Part shown: positions 58,306 to 64,000 of the stretch, piece by piece
How the letters are laid out: each line of letters begins with the position of its first letter
Numbering within the stretch: the first letter of the stretch is position 1
Source: an uncultured Lachnospiraceae bacterium
GTDB taxonomy: Bacteria > Bacillota > Clostridia > Lachnospirales > Lachnospiraceae
NCBI GenBank assembly: GCA_905233695.1
Contig: CAJODN010000010.1
Location: 20,623-84,622 of the forward strand
Direction: 5' to 3'
DNA: 64,000 nt
The notes under the pieces: model-generated
The model's database searches: none
Seen by the model: the letters and a program-made list of their open reading frames with translations, nothing else
Told to the model about the DNA's origin: nothing
Made by a program: the position numbers and the translations under genes

Positions 58306-58994
58306 TAGGTGTATCGATTCTTATTATGGCACTTATAGCATGGCTTTTCTACAGATCCTTTGTGGCAATTATTATTTATCCCGTTATACTCTTTTGCTGT
58401 GTGTATTACTTCTATGAGGTTAACAGCGAGAAGAGACGAGAAAAGGTTCTTACTGAATTTCGGGAAATGCTGAGAATTATATGCAGTGAGCTTCGAAGCG
58501 GTCATTCGTTGGAGAATGCTGTAATGATCCTCGACAGGGAAATAATTAATGTAAGCGGAGAGAAAGCGGTAATACTGCCGGGAATCAAGGTTATGAAGAA
58601 AAAGCTTGATTTACAGAAGCCGGTGGAGCAAGCAATTACTGATTTTTCCAACGTATACGATTATGAAGAAATCAGGAATTTCGCTTATACCATAAGCTAT
58701 GCCAAGAGGCTGGGCGGTAATTATATTAAGAACATTTCGAATACCGCAGAGAAAATCGAAAAGCGTCTTGAAATGAAGCAGGATATCAGAACTCAGCTTG
58801 CGGAGAAGCAGTTCGAGATGAAGATTATGGGCGTAATGCCTCTTCTGATTCTTCTATACATTGGCTTTACTTCGTATGAATTTATCGAACCGCTCTACCA
58901 TAATTTTATGGGTGTGATGATTATGACGGGGAGTCTCATTTTATACGCTCTTTGTCTCTATATAGCGAAACGCATAGTGACGATAGAGTACTAA
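58248..58994 (+). CDS. TadB-like type II secretion system F-domain membrane protein
   Basis: 248 aa. An N-terminal TM, then a T2SSF-like soluble core (ELRSGHSLENAV) and C-terminal TM helices. The start is uncertain: the ORF overlaps cpaF by 58 nt, and an alternative ATG lies near 58326. Confidence 0.68.
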   Translation: MVKKIGLAKYRETLKDPKVIGVSILIMALIAWLFYRSFVAIIIYPVILFCCVYYFYEVNSEKRREKVLTEFREMLRIICSELRSGHSLENAVMILDREIINVSGEKAVILPGIKVMKKKLDLQKPVEQAITDFSNVYDYEEIRNFAYTISYAKRLGGNYIKNISNTAEKIEKRLEMKQDIRTQLAEKQFEMKIMGVMPLLILLYIGFTSYEFIEPLYHNFMGVMIMTGSLILYALCLYIAKRIVTIEY

Positions 58995-59028
58995 TTTTAC
59001 TAAGATTTACAAGCGGAGGAAATATCAC

Positions 59029-60291
59029 TTGGTTGCAGCAGTACTTCTTATTGTGACAATAATATTATCGAAGACGAAGAAAATCGGACCTCTTTTTACG
59101 CCTAAGGTTAAGAAGATTGTAATTATTATTGAAATAGTGGGGATAATTGCGTCTCTTGGCGAGTATATGGTTAACAATATGTTCTTTGATAATACGATCG
59201 AGAGACCGCTTCCGGGAGAAAAAGACACGACGGAAGAATTACAGTACGAAGCAGACGGTAATAAGACGGACATCACCCTTGATGTACCGGCAGCCCTTCA
59301 TTCTTCTGAAGAGAAGGAAGAGTATATAGAGAAAGCAAAAGAAGAGATAGATAGCACATTTCTCGGAGACAACGAGGATCTCGACTGTATAAATCAAGAT
59401 GTCGTTATGAAGGAAAGCTATGTTGAAGGAATGGTTAAGGCGGAGTGGCAGCTAAATAATTATAAGATAATCGGAGCTGAAGGCGAGATTAATTATGACA
59501 ATTTAGAAAGCGACACTGTGATAGAGGCGAACGTAACACTTACATGTGAAGATATGAGTGATGTGTACAGCTTTTCATTTCAAGTAGTTCCCTTCTCGGA
59601 GTCGTCAACCATGGGACTTGATTACTATATTAAGAAGGCCATAAGAGATTTGTTCAAGACGGATGAGCAGAAGATCACTCTTCCCGATAAAGTGGGACAA
59701 AATGAAGTCACATGGAGTAAAAAGTATACGTTCCTTGGTCTGAAAATCGCACTACTGGGAGTTCTTGCAGCGGTGGGAATGATAATTGGCCAAATGAGAG
59801 AAGAGAAGAATCGTCATGATAAGTACATTAAGAGTCTTAAGAGGGATTATCCCAAGATAGTTGAAGGACTTGCGCTATATGTGGGTGCGGGACTCAGCGT
59901 TAAGAATGCTATGTATCGACTGGGAAAGGAGTACGCCCGTAGGCGGAGTAGAAAGAAGGAGCCCGGATTCGAAGGGATACTTAAGATGTGTCGTGAGATA
60001 GAGGAAGGACGAAGCGAGATTAATGCTTACGAATCGCTCCCCGACTACTGTCCGACAAGAGAATACCGGCGTCTCTCAAGCCTCCTTACGAACAACCTTC
60101 GTAAAGGGACAAAAGGGCTTATAGAGCAGCTCGAAGAGGAAGAAGAGGAGGCATTTGAGATGGAGCGTCAATACGTCAAGATCGCCGGGGAGGAGGCATC
60201 CACCAAGATGCTATTCCCGATGATAGGTCTTCTGGGGATAGTACTGATTATAATTATTGCACCGTCTATATTTAATATGAATACTATATAG
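59029..60291 (+). CDS. TadC-like T2SSF-domain membrane protein with an inserted ~190-aa extracytoplasmic domain
   Basis: TTG start 8 nt after GGAGGA. The C-terminal T2SSF-like core is LALYVGAGLSVKNAMYRLGKEY, followed by a terminal TM. Confidence 0.65.
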   Translation: MVAAVLLIVTIILSKTKKIGPLFTPKVKKIVIIIEIVGIIASLGEYMVNNMFFDNTIERPLPGEKDTTEELQYEADGNKTDITLDVPAALHSSEEKEEYIEKAKEEIDSTFLGDNEDLDCINQDVVMKESYVEGMVKAEWQLNNYKIIGAEGEINYDNLESDTVIEANVTLTCEDMSDVYSFSFQVVPFSESSTMGLDYYIKKAIRDLFKTDEQKITLPDKVGQNEVTWSKKYTFLGLKIALLGVLAAVGMIIGQMREEKNRHDKYIKSLKRDYPKIVEGLALYVGAGLSVKNAMYRLGKEYARRRSRKKEPGFEGILKMCREIEEGRSEINAYESLPDYCPTREYRRLSSLLTNNLRKGTKGLIEQLEEEEEEAFEMERQYVKIAGEEASTKMLFPMIGLLGIVLIIIIAPSIFNMNTI

Positions 60292-60347
60292 GTTAGAATG
60301 GGTGGCGGGGCTGTGAATAAGAAAAATGAAAGCAGGAGGAAAAAGTA

Positions 60348-60524
60348 ATGAAGATAAAAAGACTTATAAAGAGTTTTGTAATGGAAGAAGACGGAATCGG
60401 AGTTGTAGAGATTATTTTGATAGTCGTGGTACTTATCGGCCTCGTACTAATATTCAAGAAGCAACTCACACAAATCGTTAACGATATATTCAGCACAATT
60501 ACAGACAGAGCGGGAACCGTATAA
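60348..60524 (+). CDS. flp: Flp-type (type IVb) pilin precursor, 58 aa; below the ORF-track length cutoff
   Basis: My translation: MKIKRLIKSFVMEEDGIGVVEIILIVVVLIGLVLIFKKQLTQIVNDIFSTITDRAGTV. It has a G-XXXX-E class III signal motif (G/IGVVE) followed by a hydrophobic helix. A strong RBS AGGAGG lies 8 nt upstream, and the stop overlaps the next start (TAATG). Confidence 0.75.
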   Translation: MKIKRLIKSFVMEEDGIGVVEIILIVVVLIGLVLIFKKQLTQIVNDIFSTITDRAGTV

Positions 60525-62002
60525 TGCGAGAAAAGGGCTCAATCACATTGTTCATGTGCATGACAATTATGATGATTACATCCTTGGGATTCTCTCTCAT
60601 GGAAGTAAGTCGTTTTGTGGGAATTGACAGAAAGGCGGATTTTGTAACCGAGACTGTGGCAGATAATACATTTTCGGAATATATAAGACCGCTCTGGGAG
60701 CAATACGGAATTCTTGCAATCGACAGGGCTCATGGAACAGCCGACGAAGGCGATGGCTTGCTTCGTGAGAGAATCTTGGATTTTGCCAATATGCAATGTG
60801 ACGGTGAGAGTGATTATTTCGCGCTTAATCCGGTGGAAGCAGATATCGATGATTATATGCTTCTTACGGATAATGACGGGGCGGCATTTATTCACGAAGC
60901 GGCGACCTATTATAAGGATAATATAGGAACAGAAGCCATTGATTTTATCGGGGCGGCGTCAAGCGATGCAGGAAGTAAAGAAAGTCTTTCTTCAAATGTG
61001 GACAGATTAATTACGGATGGCAGTAAGCCGATGAAGGATCCATCGAGTATTCCCGTTGAAGAAAACAACAAGCTTACGGAAGTTCCCAAGACCAACCTCA
61101 CCGACGAACAGGTGAGGAAGGGCGAGACACTTATTGATGATGTTAACGGATTCAAGAACAGGGGCATCCTAGACCAGGTTATACCAAGCAATAAGGAAGT
61201 ATCCGGTAAGACCATCAATCTTTCCGGCAGTGTTTCTCATAGGAGCCTTGAGTCAGGTAACAGCAGGAATTCTTCTAAGGCAACCTCTGTAGATAAGATC
61301 ATTTTTTCCCTATATCTTAAGGATCGCTTTCAGAACTTTACGAAGGATCTTAATCATTCCGGACTAAAGTATGAGACGGAATATATTATCGTCGGAGCTG
61401 ATAATGATACAGATAATCTTAAGGGTGTTGTGGGAAGAATTCTGGCCATAAGGCAGGTTGCGGACTTTGTGACACTTTATAATGACGTCGTAAGAAATGG
61501 GGAGGCCTTGGAGCTTGCCGTTGCAATATCCGGGTGGACGCTTAACCCCGCAATTATTGAGTTGGTTCATTACGCTATTATGGCGGCATGGGCATATATG
61601 GAGGCTGTGCTTGATGTTCGCTTGCTTCTTTCGGGTGGCAAGGTGCCTTTAATGAAGACAAGCGCCGAGTGGACAAGTGATCTTTATAATCTCGCAAGCT
61701 GTATGGATGCAAGCTACACTGCCAGGGATTTCGGTACGGGAATGAGTTACGAAGATTATCTTCTGACATTTCTCGTAATCGAATCGTCAAGGGATGAGAG
61801 CATGAGGGCTCTTGATATGATAGAGACTTCCATGAATGCCATTCCGTATTATGAAAATATTAAGATGGATCACCTTATATGTGACATGGATATGACGGTC
61901 ACGTATGAAGCGGATCCTATGTTCTTCAGCCTAATAACACTGGAGACGACATTTGTTGATTTCTACCGCCTTAAGAAGAAGGCGTATAGGAGTTATTTGT
62001 AG
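60524..62002 (+). CDS. membrane-anchored pilus-locus protein of unknown function (TadG/DUF5702-like, tentative)
   Basis: 492 aa. It has an N-terminal hydrophobic anchor (GSITLFMCMTIMMITSLGF) and is translationally coupled to the pilin gene. Confidence 0.55.
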   Translation: MREKGSITLFMCMTIMMITSLGFSLMEVSRFVGIDRKADFVTETVADNTFSEYIRPLWEQYGILAIDRAHGTADEGDGLLRERILDFANMQCDGESDYFALNPVEADIDDYMLLTDNDGAAFIHEAATYYKDNIGTEAIDFIGAASSDAGSKESLSSNVDRLITDGSKPMKDPSSIPVEENNKLTEVPKTNLTDEQVRKGETLIDDVNGFKNRGILDQVIPSNKEVSGKTINLSGSVSHRSLESGNSRNSSKATSVDKIIFSLYLKDRFQNFTKDLNHSGLKYETEYIIVGADNDTDNLKGVVGRILAIRQVADFVTLYNDVVRNGEALELAVAISGWTLNPAIIELVHYAIMAAWAYMEAVLDVRLLLSGGKVPLMKTSAEWTSDLYNLASCMDASYTARDFGTGMSYEDYLLTFLVIESSRDESMRALDMIETSMNAIPYYENIKMDHLICDMDMTVTYEADPMFFSLITLETTFVDFYRLKKKAYRSYL

Positions 62003-62022
62003 AGAAAGGAGGTTGTATAACG

Positions 62023-62898
62023 GTGTCTCTTTCTATAAACAATTCAAACCGCGAGAAGTTACATCCATTTCTACCGTGTAGAGTTTCTGTTCATTACAAT
62101 TCATTTATATATCGGATTTTGGCATATACATATAATCATACTTCTAAAGAGGCACCGTTATGCAACCTCCGTCTCAAGGCATCATATACGGTGGAAGCTG
62201 CTTTTATTATACCAATAAGTCTAATGATGGTCATTTTTTTCTTATTCTTTTTTCGTGTGCTCTATGTACAATGGGGAGTAGACTATACGATTAATAAGGT
62301 GGGAAGAGAGCATGCACCGCTTATAACCGATGCTGACACCAATGACGGTATTATAGCGGTAGCTCAGAGCAGCGCAACCATAGCATCAATGGACAGGGTG
62401 AGCTCGGAAATAGTCGGTGGAATTATCGGTCTTGATTATACGGAGAGTGAGTTTGATAAGAACTATATCGACATAACCTGTAAATATAAGCTGAAAGATC
62501 CCATTACATTTTTCGGGAGAAAATATATAAGTCTAACAAGCACCGCCGTAAGCAGAAAATGGGTTGGATATGACCCATTGGAAGGACAGGAAGCGGGGGA
62601 GTATGTCTATGTCACAAAATACGGAACGGCATATCATAGGAGTTTAAGCTGTCCATATCTTAAGCCTTCGGTTCACAGCATAAGTGCCGATGGTGTAGGG
62701 GATGCCAGAAGCATCGGCGGCGGCAAATACACTTCCTGTCCCCTTTGCAAGGGAAAGAAAAACGGCGGAACAGTATATATAACAGACTATGGAGATGTAT
62801 ATCACAGCAGTCTTAATTGCAGTGCGCTGAAGAGAAGTGTTAAGAGGATTAAGATTGAAGATGCGGGCAGTTATCACCCTTGCGGTAAATGTGCATAG
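62023..62898 (+). CDS. TadE-like pseudopilin-type protein with long leader and two C-terminal His/Cys modules
   Basis: GTG start 10 nt after AAAGGAGG. KASYTVEAAFIIP plus a TM at aa 51-77 parallels RASLTVEASFIM of the 77-aa TadE-like protein. The tandem modules read VY.T.YG..YH.SL.C..LK.SV..I...Y..C..C. Confidence 0.6.
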   Translation: MSLSINNSNREKLHPFLPCRVSVHYNSFIYRILAYTYNHTSKEAPLCNLRLKASYTVEAAFIIPISLMMVIFFLFFFRVLYVQWGVDYTINKVGREHAPLITDADTNDGIIAVAQSSATIASMDRVSSEIVGGIIGLDYTESEFDKNYIDITCKYKLKDPITFFGRKYISLTSTAVSRKWVGYDPLEGQEAGEYVYVTKYGTAYHRSLSCPYLKPSVHSISADGVGDARSIGGGKYTSCPLCKGKKNGGTVYITDYGDVYHSSLNCSALKRSVKRIKIEDAGSYHPCGKCA

Positions 62899-62961
62899 GC
62901 TGTGTTTCGACGAGGTCGGAACCCAAATGGGCAAGACTCATTATGAAGAAAAGAGGAAAAT

Positions 62962-63390
62962 ATGGAAGCGGCGACTTTACTCGGACTCCTGGGAGTATGC
63001 GGGTTTGAAGATATTAAGATTAAGAAAATAAGACTTGTGGTTATTAATATATTTGCCATAGTGGGAGTAATATATCATCTTATATATGAACGGCTCTCAT
63101 GGCTCGATATGCTCGGCGGTATGTCGATAGGTCTTATACTTCTTCTTATCGGATATCTCAGTAAAGAGAAAATAGGCTACGGTGACGGTCTCCTTTTTAT
63201 GGCGACGGGAATATACCTGGGATTTTGGAACAATTTGATTCTGCTATGGCTTTCGACAACAGCTGCGGGTATATACGGTCTTATTTTGATGGCATTTAAA
63301 AAGAAGAAAAAAGAATCGGAGATACCGCTGGTGCCGTTCATACTCGGTGTTTACGTTGTATCGCTGATCTTTAACGGAGGGACGCTATGA
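62962..63390 (+). CDS. A24 family prepilin peptidase, copy 2
   Basis: 142 aa. Catalytic Asp candidates sit in GFEDIKIKKI and IGYGDGLLF, within 4-5 TM helices. Confidence 0.75.
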   Translation: MEAATLLGLLGVCGFEDIKIKKIRLVVINIFAIVGVIYHLIYERLSWLDMLGGMSIGLILLLIGYLSKEKIGYGDGLLFMATGIYLGFWNNLILLWLSTTAAGIYGLILMAFKKKKKESEIPLVPFILGVYVVSLIFNGGTL

Positions 63391-63620
63391 AGAAGATAGA
63401 AGACAGAGATGACATGGGATGCTTTAGGGCAAGTCTTACCGTTGAGGCTTCATTTATTATGATAATAGTAATGGGTGTTCTTCTTGCTTTGTTTCTTCTT
63501 ATGTTTACCGTATATCATGAAAATGTGGAATTTATAGCGGACAAGATGAAGGATTATACATTTGATAGTGTTAAAGCATTTCGATTTGCACAAGCCTTGA
63601 GGGCTTTGGGAGGTAACTAA
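63387..63620 (+). CDS. TadE-like small pseudopilin-type protein
   Basis: 77 aa. RASLTVEASFIMIIVMGVLLALFLLMF. It has an ATGA overlap with the upstream gene and a TAATG overlap with the downstream gene. Confidence 0.62.
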   Translation: MKKIEDRDDMGCFRASLTVEASFIMIIVMGVLLALFLLMFTVYHENVEFIADKMKDYTFDSVKAFRFAQALRALGGN

Positions 63621-64000
63621 TGGAATACAGATTCAAGAGAGATCTTAAAAACAGCTTTATGATAATTGACAGTGGCTTCGACAAGATGGGATACGAAAAG
63701 GATGTTCTTCGTAATAATGATATTGACGTGCTCGTTCCGTTTCATACCGTTGACATCAATAATGTTACACAGGTGTGGTATGACATCACGGGACTTGTGT
63801 CTCTTAAGGATTATCTCAGTCGTCAAGAAATCGACCTTAAGCTTATAAGGAAAATACTCTTGTATTTTAAGATAGCGATAAGCGAGGTGGAGAGATATCT
63901 TATTGATATTAACCATCTTCTTCTTGATGTGGACACGGTATATGTGGTTAAGGATAAGAATGAATGGAAGCTTATGTTTATCTATTATCCCAACGGTGAC
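63620..64000 (+). CDS. 5' part of a pilus-locus gene, truncated by the window end; the N-terminal domain resembles that of FHA-domain proteins found next to clostridial Flp loci
   Basis: The frame is open from the ATG at 63620 to the window end (127 codons): MEYRFKRDLKNSFMIID...VWYDITGLVSLKDYL...MFIYYPNGD. It is absent from the ORF track because no stop is reached. The family assignment is from memory only. Confidence 0.55.
   Translation, partial: MEYRFKRDLKNSFMIIDSGFDKMGYEKDVLRNNDIDVLVPFHTVDINNVTQVWYDITGLVSLKDYLSRQEIDLKLIRKILLYFKIAISEVERYLIDINHLLLDVDTVYVVKDKNEWKLMFIYYPNGD

Noticed and set aside
62160-62294. ATG-initiated 44-codon ORF in another frame within the 5' part of the 62023 gene
   Set aside because: It lacks an RBS and is out of frame with the TadE-like hydrophobic segment. 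The GTG at 62023 has a strong, properly spaced AAAGGAGG.

Overview
This is a low-GC Firmicutes/Clostridia-type chromosomal segment. That assignment is an inference from gene content: class 3 FBPase, reverse-order rubrerythrin, split transketolase, sortase, and strong GGAGG ribosome-binding sites. About 70% of the window is housekeeping, nearly all on the + strand. It covers central carbon metabolism (pyk, PPi-dependent pfp, fbp, glcK, galM, split transketolase) and replication, recombination and transcription (dnaX-ybaB-recR, rpoB-rpoC). It also carries tadA, a class A PBP, envelope lipid genes (lgt, a glycosyltransferase, plsY) and a TetR-controlled heterodimeric ABC exporter pair. I saw no tRNA, rRNA, CRISPR array, transposase or integrase. 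Four accessory parts stand out. (1) An operon at 22.8-33.4 kb encodes a 2768-aa Ig-repeat surface protein, a class B sortase and a BspA-type LRR protein. (2) A Gram-positive Tad/Flp-like pilus locus runs from about 55.55 kb to the window end; it contains a 58-aa Flp-type pilin ORF missing from the ORF track, two prepilin peptidases, and a minor-pilin-like protein with tandem His/Cys modules. (3) Three AAA-ATPase/PD-(D/E)xK-like proteins are present, two of them in tandem. (4) Unexplained structured non-coding DNA: a ~77-nt three-stem element occurs twice in opposite orientation (4823-4899 and 39986-40061), and a 142-nt nested palindrome lies at 38199-38340. The palindrome and the second repeat copy bracket a 501-aa radical SAM gene. 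I cannot show from the sequence alone that any of these is undescribed. The non-coding elements and the radical SAM cassette are the least explained by standard annotation.
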